Below are positions 1 through 7,874 of a DNA stretch of 64,000 bases, in pieces. The notes below the pieces were generated by a model. It ran no database searches and was not told the DNA's origin. It was given only the letters and a program-made list of their open reading frames with translations. Both the position numbers and the translations under genes were made by a program. The stretch spans positions 14,573-78,572 of the forward strand of contig JBAVCL010000007.1 of the NCBI GenBank assembly GCA_049586675.1, in the 5' to 3' direction. The DNA comes from Dehalococcoidia bacterium (GTDB taxonomy: Bacteria; Chloroflexota; Dehalococcoidia; GIF9; AB-539-J10). Position 1 is the stretch's first letter. Every line of letters begins with the position of its first letter.

Positions 1-19
1 AAATTAGCAAGAGAATAAT

Positions 20-1378
20 ATGATTGAGCGCTACTCCAGACCCCGGATGAAGAAAATCTGGTCTGAGGAGAATAAATTTGACCAGTGGCTTAAGGTAGAG
101 ATAGCTGTTTGTGAAGCTTGGGCTAAGCTGGGCGAAATCCCCCAAAAAGATATAGTTAAAATAAGGAAAGCCAGCTACAACTTGAATCGTATCGCCAACT
201 TTCTGAAGGTGACCCACCATGACATGACGGCTTTTCTTAACTCGGTGGCTGAAAGCCTGGGCACAGAGTCACGATTTGTCCATCTTGGCCTCACTTCCTC
301 GGATATTATGGATACCGCCCTTGGTTTGCAATTGACCCAAGCGGCAGATATCTTGGCACAAGATATAGCCGAGCTTATATCCGTGCTGGAGAGTAAAGCT
401 ATAGAGCACAAATACACCATTATGATGGGGCGAACCCATGGGGTTCACGCTGAGCCGACTACATTTGGTTTAAAGATGGCCTTGTGGACTGAAGAAATGA
501 AGCGTAATGCTCAAAGGCTGGCTGAAGCTAAGAAGATTATCTCGGTGGGCAAAATATCCGGAGCGGTAGGCACTTATGCCACTGTGCCTCCTCAGGTTGA
601 GAAAATAGCTTGCGGCAAGATAGAGCTTACACCAGCTCCCATATCGAGCCAGATAATCCAACGTGACCGCCATGCCCAGTTTGTTACCACTTTGGCTCTT
701 ATCGCCAGTTCTTTGGAGAAATTTGCCACCGAGATTAGAGGTCTCCAGCGAACAGAAGTCCGCGAAGTTGAAGAGCCTTTTGAAGCAGGGCAAACAGGCT
801 CCTCGGCGATGCCTCATAAAAGAAATCCCGAGCTTTGTGAGCGTATCTGCGGACTGGCCAGATTAATAAGAGGCTATGCTTTAACTTCTCTGGAGAATAT
901 CGCCTTATGGCACGAACGTGACATCAGTCACTCCTCTACGGAGCGAATTATCCTACCTGACTCCTGTCTGGCCGTCGATTACATGCTATCTATATTTACC
1001 TCCATAATGAAAGGGCTCAAGGTTTATCCAGAAAACATGCGTCGTAACATCGAGCTCACCCAAGGGGTCATCTTTTCCCAGAGAGTGCTCCTCGCCTTGG
1101 TATATAAAGGTCTATCACGTGAGGAAGCCTATAAGATGGTACAAGACAGCGCCATGAAAGCCTGGGAGAAAAGGAAAAGCTTTCTGAGCTTACTGGAAGC
1201 TGACAAGCGGATAACAGCTCATTTAAGCAAAAAAGAACTGAACTCTCTCTTTGATTATAGTTATTATCTGAAACATGTGGATGAGGTCTTTAAACGATTG
1301 GGGTTGACTAAAACCAAACGGGGAAGGAAAGTTGGCAAAGCTGGGACACCTAAGCTAGCTCCTAGAGCAGTTTCATGA
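20..1378 (+). CDS. purB: adenylosuccinate lyase
   Basis: 452-aa ORF with ATG at 20 and a TGA stop. Carries the fumarate-lyase signature GSSAMPHKRNP and a typical PurB N-terminus (MIERYSRPRMKKIWSEENKF). Confidence 0.92.
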   Translation: MIERYSRPRMKKIWSEENKFDQWLKVEIAVCEAWAKLGEIPQKDIVKIRKASYNLNRIANFLKVTHHDMTAFLNSVAESLGTESRFVHLGLTSSDIMDTALGLQLTQAADILAQDIAELISVLESKAIEHKYTIMMGRTHGVHAEPTTFGLKMALWTEEMKRNAQRLAEAKKIISVGKISGAVGTYATVPPQVEKIACGKIELTPAPISSQIIQRDRHAQFVTTLALIASSLEKFATEIRGLQRTEVREVEEPFEAGQTGSSAMPHKRNPELCERICGLARLIRGYALTSLENIALWHERDISHSSTERIILPDSCLAVDYMLSIFTSIMKGLKVYPENMRRNIELTQGVIFSQRVLLALVYKGLSREEAYKMVQDSAMKAWEKRKSFLSLLEADKRITAHLSKKELNSLFDYSYYLKHVDEVFKRLGLTKTKRGRKVGKAGTPKLAPRAVS

Positions 1379-1433
1379 TGTGACATTTACTACGGAGCTT
1401 TCGTCTTAGCATATAACGGAGGGAGATAGAGGG

Positions 1434-2885
1434 ATGAAGACTGCAAAAGAATACCTTGATAGCATGAAGAAAATGCATTTTGAACTCTACATGTTTGGAG
1501 AGCGGGTTATCAATCATGCCGATAATCCTATTATCAAACCGACAAGGAATTGTATTGCTGCTACTTATGAACTTGCCGAAGAGTCCAAATTTCCACAATA
1601 CCAAAACGTTATGACAGCCACCTCTCATCTAACAGGGAAGAAGATAAATCGTTTTTGTCACATTCATCAAAGTACCGAAGACTTGGTCAACAAGTCAAAA
1701 ATGGGTAGAGGATTGGGTGCTTATACCGGTTCTTGCTTTCAGCGGTGCGTTGGGATGGACGCCTTGAATACTTTGTCGATGGTGACTTACGACATTGACC
1801 AGAAGTATGGAACCGAATACAACAAGCGTTTCCTGAAATACTTAAGATACGTACAGGATGAAGACCTGGTTTGTTGTGGTGCCATGACCGATGCCAAAGG
1901 CGATAGAAGTCTTCGTCCAGCCGAGCAAGCCGATATCGACCAATACCTTCACGTAGTGGAAGAGAAATCGGATGGCATTGTAGTGCGTGGGGCCAAATTG
2001 CACCAGACAGGTGCTGTAAATTCGCATGAAATCATCTGCATGCCGACCAGGGCTATGCGTGAAGAAGATAAGGATTATGCTATTTCCTTCGCCTTGCCCA
2101 GCGACACCGAAGGGATTATATACATCTATGGGAGACAATCATGCGACACGAGAAAAATAGACAGCCCGACTATGGATGTCGGTAACATTCTTTATGGGGG
2201 ACAGGAGTGTATGGTTGTTTTTGACGACGTGTTTGTTCCCTGGGAACGAGTCTTTATGTACAAAGAATATGACTTTGCCGGCGATCTGGTAGAGAAGTTT
2301 TCTGCCTATCACCGCCAGAGTTATGCCTGCAAATCAGGTATGGGCGATGTCTTGATTGGTGCCAGTCAATTAATTGCTGAATACCAGGGCACTGCAAAAG
2401 CTTCTCATATTAAAGACAAAATCATTGACATGATTCAGCTCAATGAAACCCTGATGTCTTGCAGTCTTGCCTGTGCTTATGAAGGTCACGGAGAGCCTTC
2501 TGGAACTTACCTTGTAGACACTCTGAGAGCCAATGTATCTAAACTAAACGTGACGAAATTTCCTTATGAAATAGCCAGACTGGCCCAGGACATCGCTGGC
2601 GGCTCAATAGTAACGATGCCTTCTGAAAAAGACCTTAAACATCCCAAGATAGGTAAGTATGTTGCTAAGTATCTGAAGGGTGTTGATGGTACTGTGGTAG
2701 AAAATCGTGTTCGTGTACTACGGCTGATTGAGAATATCACGGCGGGTTTAGGAGCCGTTTGCTATTTGGCGGAATCGATGCATGGTGCCGGGTCACCTAT
2801 GGCTCAAAGAATTATGATTGGTAGACAAGTCAATATAGAGAGAATGAAAAACAGTGCCAAGAGGGTGTGTGGCATTGAACCCTAG
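1434..2885 (+). CDS. 4-hydroxybutyryl-CoA dehydratase / vinylacetyl-CoA isomerase family enzyme (AbfD-like, HpaB fold)
   Basis: 483-aa ORF preceded by a GGAGGGAG Shine-Dalgarno. C101-x3-C105, H293 and C299 match by position the [4Fe-4S] ligands C99/C103/H292/C299 recalled for Clostridium aminobutyricum AbfD. Confidence 0.65.
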   Translation: MKTAKEYLDSMKKMHFELYMFGERVINHADNPIIKPTRNCIAATYELAEESKFPQYQNVMTATSHLTGKKINRFCHIHQSTEDLVNKSKMGRGLGAYTGSCFQRCVGMDALNTLSMVTYDIDQKYGTEYNKRFLKYLRYVQDEDLVCCGAMTDAKGDRSLRPAEQADIDQYLHVVEEKSDGIVVRGAKLHQTGAVNSHEIICMPTRAMREEDKDYAISFALPSDTEGIIYIYGRQSCDTRKIDSPTMDVGNILYGGQECMVVFDDVFVPWERVFMYKEYDFAGDLVEKFSAYHRQSYACKSGMGDVLIGASQLIAEYQGTAKASHIKDKIIDMIQLNETLMSCSLACAYEGHGEPSGTYLVDTLRANVSKLNVTKFPYEIARLAQDIAGGSIVTMPSEKDLKHPKIGKYVAKYLKGVDGTVVENRVRVLRLIENITAGLGAVCYLAESMHGAGSPMAQRIMIGRQVNIERMKNSAKRVCGIEP

Positions 2886-2954
2886 TTACTGGATTAAAGG
2901 GAAGCGGCTCCCTAAAACATTGCCGAGAACATCCTAGTCTGGGCTAAGGAAACT

Positions 2955-3911
2955 ATGAATAGCAGCCCAACAGTCTTAATAAACACTAACTTACCTCTAC
3001 CTTTATTTCGGCGGGGCAAAGTAAGAGACGTTTACAATTTAGGTGATAAATTACTCATCGTATCCACCGACCGCATCTCTGCCTTTGATGTTGTCTTGCC
3101 CTGTGGCATACCTGACAAGGGAAGGGTTCTTAACCAACTTTCTGCCTTCTGGTTCAAGAAAACAGCCCATATCCTACCCAATCATCTTATCAAGATAATT
3201 AATAGCGTGGATATGCTTCGGGATGTCATTGCGAGGGCTGAAAGCCCGAAGCAATCTCAATGGAAAGGAGATTCCTCGCTTACACTTGAAACAAGTCTTA
3301 TCGGTCGCTCTATGCTTGTGGCTAAGGCTGAGCGCATACCTGTAGAATGCGTTGTTCGGGGCTATCTATCTGGCTCGGCATGGGTGGAGTATGAAGAGAC
3401 TGGAACAGTGGGCGATATCCATTTGCCCCAGGGAATGAAGGAGAGCCAGGAACTGTCTCAACCTATCTTTACCCCCACTACTAAGAGCGACACAGAGCAT
3501 GACCGCCTTTTAACCAATCAAGACATAAAAGACCTGGGCATTGAGGACATATTTAGGGAATTAGAGCAAAAAAGTCTGCTTATCTATGGCTATGCTCGAG
3601 ATTATGCCAAAAGCCGAGGCATAATAATTGCCGATACCAAGTTCGAGTTCGGTTTCATCAATGGTCAATTAGCCCTTATTGATGAGCTACTAACGCCAGA
3701 TTCCAGTCGCTTCTGGGATGCCAGCCAGTATGAGGCTGGCCATTCACAGCCCAGCTTCGATAAGCAGCCAGTTCGTGACTGGTTATTAGATTCAGGATGG
3801 GATAAGGAACCGCCAGCGCCTATGTTGCCACCGGAAGTAATAAAGAGTACATCGAAAAGATATCGGGAGGTGTACAGAAGATTAACTGGAGGCGTTCTCA
3901 CACGGAAATAA
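2955..3911 (+). CDS. purC: phosphoribosylaminoimidazole-succinocarboxamide (SAICAR) synthase, long form
   Basis: 318-aa ORF with motifs RGKVRDVY, STDRISAFD, IIADTKFEFG and LTPDSSRFW. Confidence 0.9.
   Translation: MNSSPTVLINTNLPLPLFRRGKVRDVYNLGDKLLIVSTDRISAFDVVLPCGIPDKGRVLNQLSAFWFKKTAHILPNHLIKIINSVDMLRDVIARAESPKQSQWKGDSSLTLETSLIGRSMLVAKAERIPVECVVRGYLSGSAWVEYEETGTVGDIHLPQGMKESQELSQPIFTPTTKSDTEHDRLLTNQDIKDLGIEDIFRELEQKSLLIYGYARDYAKSRGIIIADTKFEFGFINGQLALIDELLTPDSSRFWDASQYEAGHSQPSFDKQPVRDWLLDSGWDKEPPAPMLPPEVIKSTSKRYREVYRRLTGGVLTRK
3225..3292. repeat. in-frame copy of the GTCATTGCGAG...GAAGCAATCTC repeat core inside purC
   Basis: gtcattgcgagggctgaaagcccgaagcaatctc matches the cores of the intergenic repeats at 15521, 16465 and 50061. 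Here it is translated as VIARAESPKQSQ. Boundaries were judged by eye. Confidence 0.55.
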
Positions 3912-3931
3912 GAGGGTGCTTTGTCTCGTTC

Positions 3932-4900
3932 CTATCCAGCCAGTACCTTGACCAACCGTAACAAGTTGCTATCCAATTCCTTGTTTTTCTCCCAGGTTTC
4001 CCTTAGAGGAGTGAAGGCTATATCTCCTTTCAACTCCCCCACCATGTAACCTGACATACCCTTAACTAGCGCATCTACAGCCGCTGCTCCTAACTTGCTG
4101 GCGAGGACTCTATCCCTGGCTGTAGGTGAGCCACCTCTTTGGACATGTCCCAACACACAAATTCGGTATTCCATCTTTAATCTTTCCCATACTTGTTGAG
4201 CAATTGAAAACGCACCGCCTGCTTCATCCCCTTCAGCAACTATCACAATAGAGGATTTCTTACCTCTCTTGAAGCTACGCCTTATATTAAGGCAAAGTTG
4301 TTCTATTTTTGTCTCTACTTCTGGAATCAAGATATCTTCAGCTCCGCCAGCAATTCCCACTTCCAGTGCAATAAATCCTCTACTCCTTCCCATGACCTCG
4401 ATGAAAAAGAGGCGTTGTAGCGACCCCGCCGTATCTCTAATCTTGTCTATGGCATCCAAAGCTGTATTTATGGCAGTATCGAAGCCAATAGTACAGTCCG
4501 TGCCATAGACGTCGTTATCTATGGTGCACGGAATACCAATCACCTTTACATTTCCTGTTTCAGCCAGGGCTGTGGCACCGCGCAAGGTGCCATCCCCGCC
4601 TATAGTTATCAACCCCTCGATGCCTTCCCGTTGGAGAATTTCATTTGCCTTCCTTATGCCTTCCTTGGTTTTCATTTCCTCACAGCGAGCAGTTTCTAAG
4701 AAAGTGCCCCCACGGTAGATAATATTGGCTACTGACCTGCTGCCTAACTTTACAAAGTCCTCTTCCAATATACCGCGGTATCCTTGGCGAATTCCCACGA
4801 CCTCCAGCCTCCGGCTAACCCCACAGCGGACGATGGCCCTGATGCAGGCATTCATTCCTGGAGCATCACCGCCGCTGGTTAACACGCCAATCTTTTTCAT
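3932..4900 (-). CDS. pfkA: ATP-dependent 6-phosphofructokinase
   Basis: Start placed at MKKIGVLTSGGDAPGMNA (M44 of the 365-aa track ORF). GGDGT and TIDND motifs are present. The upstream 43 codons run through repeat hairpins. Confidence 0.9.
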   Translation of the reverse strand: MKKIGVLTSGGDAPGMNACIRAIVRCGVSRRLEVVGIRQGYRGILEEDFVKLGSRSVANIIYRGGTFLETARCEEMKTKEGIRKANEILQREGIEGLITIGGDGTLRGATALAETGNVKVIGIPCTIDNDVYGTDCTIGFDTAINTALDAIDKIRDTAGSLQRLFFIEVMGRSRGFIALEVGIAGGAEDILIPEVETKIEQLCLNIRRSFKRGKKSSIVIVAEGDEAGGAFSIAQQVWERLKMEYRICVLGHVQRGGSPTARDRVLASKLGAAAVDALVKGMSGYMVGELKGDIAFTPLRETWEKNKELDSNLLRLVKVLAG

Positions 4901-4975
4901 AGTACTTTCCGATTTAGTTCCTATTCTACCATGAACTGTAAAACTATAGTGAACCACATAATCTCGGATAAAACT

Positions 4976-5052
4976 CCTCTCCCTTGATGGGAGAGGATTA
5001 AAGTGAGGGTGAAATCCCCCTCTCTCCAACTCCCTCCCTCCAGGGGAGGGAG
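4976..5052. repeat. pair of GC-rich CCTCTCCC/GGGAGAGG-type hairpins
   Basis: Perfect 8-bp stem 4976-4983/4989-4996 and 9-bp stem 5030-5038/5044-5052. The same style of hairpin recurs at 23496-23522 and 23647-23669. Confidence 0.5.
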
Positions 5053-5171
5053 AATTATACTGATTTTTGCAAATGACTATATTTCACGGACTTTGTAGAA
5101 AGCCTGCGGCACCCAAGCTGCCAGGGTAGGGAAAGCCCTTAGCCTTCTTGATGCCTGGCTTCTTTACTCTC

Positions 5172-5708
5172 TCAAACCTTGTAGCTATCTCGATAATACA
5201 CCAGCAAGTATAGCTCTCTAAGCAGGTCCGACTCGTTGTGCTTTATGATTTGCTGCAAATAGGTATCATCCTCTGCGTAGAGGAATCTTTGCCATAGAAA
5301 AGGGACGTCTTTGCCGCTTATCACTGGCTCGTTAAAATAGTGCTCCGCGTGGGAAAACAGCTCGTCCAATTTAGGCCACTTGAGGTAGAGTGCCTCGGCT
5401 TTTTCTTTCCAGGGCTGAAATAAGTCTATCCCTTCTATATCAATCCCTTTAGCTTTGAGAAATCCCTTCTCGAAGGAGAGGTTATAGGCGTAAAACGGCT
5501 TAGGGAGCGTTGGAACGAGTTCCACAAGCTGAGCGATAAATGGCGCTTCTTCTTTTGAATTCCGGCAAATTATCTCCAGGCGGCTCCCTTGAATGTAGCC
5601 AAAAAGCACTATTTCATCATAGGCCACATCAAGGCCAGTGGTCTCTATGTCAATCAGAGTTCCTCGGGGGATACCTAACATTAACTCTCGGCTGTATGGG
5701 GTAATCAT
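5172..5708 (-). CDS. DEDD-type (DnaQ/RNase H-fold) exonuclease-like protein
   Basis: Exo I motif LIDIETTGL, Exo II-like AYNLSFEKGFL (E in place of D) and Exo III-like HNESD. Start set at ATG M13, because the TTG start in the track overlaps a TATAAT box. Confidence 0.5.
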   Translation of the reverse strand: MITPYSRELMLGIPRGTLIDIETTGLDVAYDEIVLFGYIQGSRLEIICRNSKEEAPFIAQLVELVPTLPKPFYAYNLSFEKGFLKAKGIDIEGIDLFQPWKEKAEALYLKWPKLDELFSHAEHYFNEPVISGKDVPFLWQRFLYAEDDTYLQQIIKHNESDLLRELYLLVYYRDSYKV

Positions 5709-5835
5709 GTCCGCATCTTCTTGTTTTTTGTCATTATTATACAAGCCAGATTACACCAAAGATAGCATCATCATTCTGAACCTTGTCTTCCGTCTATTCA
5801 GGTAAATGCCAGAGCGGCATAACATATAATAAGAA

Positions 5836-5888
5836 GAGCGAGCTCCAAAATTTGGAGCTCGCTCCTGAATGTCGCTATTCAGTTTTTT
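5836..5888. terminator. putative bidirectional intrinsic terminator (two adjacent hairpins)
   Basis: Perfect inverted repeat gagcgagctccaaa/tttggagctcgctc (5836-5864), followed on the minus strand by TTCTTATTAT. A second hairpin ctgaat-gtcgct-attcag (5865-5882) is followed on the plus strand by TTTTTT. Confidence 0.5.
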
Positions 5889-5924
5889 AAATCACCGCTA
5901 TTCTTCCACGATCTGTGGGGAGCC

Positions 5925-6092
5925 TTATTCTATTTGCATCTTGGAGACTACAGAAAGGTCTGCTTGGTTCTTACAGCAAAAGCCTCTCAAGCAACACAAA
6001 TCCTTGCCAAACTGACAATAAAACTTGGCAGCCTCACGATCGGCCTCTGCTTCTTTGCTACAGGGCAAAACCCCAACAACTATTAGTGACAA
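5925..6092 (-). CDS. hypothetical 55-aa cysteine-rich peptide (tentative)
   Basis: TTG-start ORF MSLIVVGVLPCSKEAEADREAAKFYCQFGKDLCCLRGFCCKNQADLSVVSKMQIE with 6 Cys. It lies between the 100-aa gene and the terminator hairpin. There is no good Shine-Dalgarno, and it is absent from the track because it is under 60 aa. Confidence 0.25.
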   Translation of the reverse strand: MSLIVVGVLPCSKEAEADREAAKFYCQFGKDLCCLRGFCCKNQADLSVVSKMQIE

Positions 6093-6139
6093 CCTGTGTC
6101 TACGTATTTACGAGCAACTACACGCCAGTGTTACGGACT

Positions 6140-6442
6140 CTATTTGGCACGCTTTCCAGTGAACGGCGCCGTCCCAAATTGCCCTAGCTTGACTGTCCCC
6201 GAGATGTTGTCGCCTTCAACCTTTCCAGTGTAGTCCAATTTCATCGGGCCCATGGGACCGCGGATGTTCACTGAGAACGCAACATTATTGCCGTCCACCT
6301 TTCCGCCGTCAAAATTAACCGAACCTTGACTGCTGGCAAGACTACCACTCAACACATTGCCACTGGATTTCAACGTGAGTTTGCCGGTCTGTTTGCCCAT
6401 TGGGGTTGTCATTTCGGTGTCGTAAGTGCCATCTACGGCCAT
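6140..6442 (-). CDS. hypothetical 100-aa Gly/Ser/Thr-rich, probably all-beta protein
   Basis: GGAGGTG Shine-Dalgarno 7 nt upstream of the ATG (M4 of the track ORF). No signal peptide and no recognised motif. Confidence 0.6.
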   Translation of the reverse strand: MAVDGTYDTEMTTPMGKQTGKLTLKSSGNVLSGSLASSQGSVNFDGGKVDGNNVAFSVNIRGPMGPMKLDYTGKVEGDNISGTVKLGQFGTAPFTGKRAK

Positions 6443-6679
6443 GATTGTCACCTCCTTCTAGCTTAATGTTTCTAGCGTAAGGCGTGATGATACCATGTTG
6501 CCGGGCGTGTGTCAATAGCCGATTTGAATCATCTCTAAAATCTAATCGAATATTTTTAGAATATAGACTGGTTTTCACTATTCTGAAGGAAGTTAAACCG
6601 GAGAGGAATTCCCAGAGTTTCTCAAGCCTTATCAGCTTTTGCTGAGAAAGGTAGCAATGCTATAATAAAATAGTTAAAA

Positions 6680-7777
6680 ATGTCTAGAAAATACATTCTA
6701 GCTGTCGTAATACTGATAGCGTTAACGTTAAGTGTCGGTATCTGGGCTCTATCCCCTTCCCCAGCATCCAGCCCACCCCAGTCTAATAGTACAGCCCCGC
6801 ATACTGATCACAATTGGACATTCCCATTAGAGAGTGAGCCTCCCAATCCTTTGCCTGATTTCCGCCCGGTAGTTACCGAAATAATGCCCTCGGTTGTCTC
6901 AGTAACCACAGAGATAGTCGCCTCTGATTTCTTCGGTAATCAGTATACGGAATCTGTTGCTGGGTCCGGGATACTTATCGATGCTAAAGGATATATTGCC
7001 ACCAACAACCATGTAGTTGAAGATGCTCAGAGCGTCCACGTGGAGTTAGTCGATGGTAGAACTTTCCCCGCGAATATAGTAGGCGCTGACAACTTGTCTG
7101 ACCTTGCCGTGATAAAAATAGATGCCACAGATTTGCCTTACGCCTATTGGGGCAACTCAAGCTCACTATCTCTTGGCGAGTGGGTACTAGCTATTGGCAA
7201 TGCCCTGGGAGAAGGAATAATAGTAACCCAAGGCATAGTCAGCCGCTTGAATACATCTGTGAACGTTGAAGGAAATACCCTTTACGGCTTAATTCAGACC
7301 ACAGCAGCTATTAATCCCGGCAACAGCGGCGGCCCGCTAGTGAACATGTCTGGTGAGGTGATAGGCATCACTAGCATTAAAATAGTTGCGTCCGAGGTGG
7401 AAGGCATGGGCTTTGCCATAAGCAGTGATGAGGCTAAGCCTATCATCGAGGATTTAATTCGTTATGGTCACGTCACCTATCCCTGGCTGGGAGTAAGTGT
7501 ATCTACCGTGACCCCTTTGCTAGCTGCGTCAGAGAATCTTTCTGTGGACAGGGGAGCGCTTATTGTAGAAGTAGTTACTGGCAGCCCTGCAGATACTGCG
7601 GGATTAAGAAAAGATGACATCATCATCCGCTTTGGGGACAAAGAAATAAACGATGTTGCCGACCTTGTCCGAGCTATTCGAAACAGTAAAATTGACGAAG
7701 AGGTGGAAATAGTCTTCGCCAGAGGCAAAGATACTAAAACAACCTCAGCCCGACTGGTAGAACGCCCAACTTCCTAG
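6680..7777 (+). CDS. htrA: HtrA/DegP-family serine protease with PDZ domain, N-terminal membrane anchor
   Basis: Catalytic triad contexts NNHVVEDA, DLAVIKI and GNSGGPL. C-terminal PDZ segment (GALIVEVVTGSPADTAGLRKDDIII). N-terminal hydrophobic helix. Confidence 0.85.
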   Translation: MSRKYILAVVILIALTLSVGIWALSPSPASSPPQSNSTAPHTDHNWTFPLESEPPNPLPDFRPVVTEIMPSVVSVTTEIVASDFFGNQYTESVAGSGILIDAKGYIATNNHVVEDAQSVHVELVDGRTFPANIVGADNLSDLAVIKIDATDLPYAYWGNSSSLSLGEWVLAIGNALGEGIIVTQGIVSRLNTSVNVEGNTLYGLIQTTAAINPGNSGGPLVNMSGEVIGITSIKIVASEVEGMGFAISSDEAKPIIEDLIRYGHVTYPWLGVSVSTVTPLLAASENLSVDRGALIVEVVTGSPADTAGLRKDDIIIRFGDKEINDVADLVRAIRNSKIDEEVEIVFARGKDTKTTSARLVERPTS

Positions 7778-7874
7778 GGCAAGCTTGCTTCATTCAAATC
7801 CAAGCTCAGTAACCAAGGCCTCTTTATTTTGGATTTGGGAATTTGAATTTTGGAATTTCTTTAGCGTTTAGAAA

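Noticed and set aside
4901-5029. The 43-codon N-terminal extension of the pfkA track ORF (MERGGFHPHFNPLPSRERS...).
   Set aside because: It is a translation of the GC-rich hairpin repeats. The conserved PfkA N-terminus MKKIGVLTSGGDAPGMN begins at 4900.
5915-6187. 90-aa plus-strand ORF in the 5745-6139 spacer.
   Set aside because: Its composition is low-complexity and Leu/Ser/Pro-rich, with no ribosome-binding site. It overlaps the 3' end of the well-supported 100-aa minus-strand gene. The terminator geometry favours minus-strand transcription.
6342-6578. 78-aa minus-strand ORF overlapping the start of the 100-aa gene.
   Set aside because: It is an alternative frame over a gene with a strong Shine-Dalgarno and shows no coding-like features.
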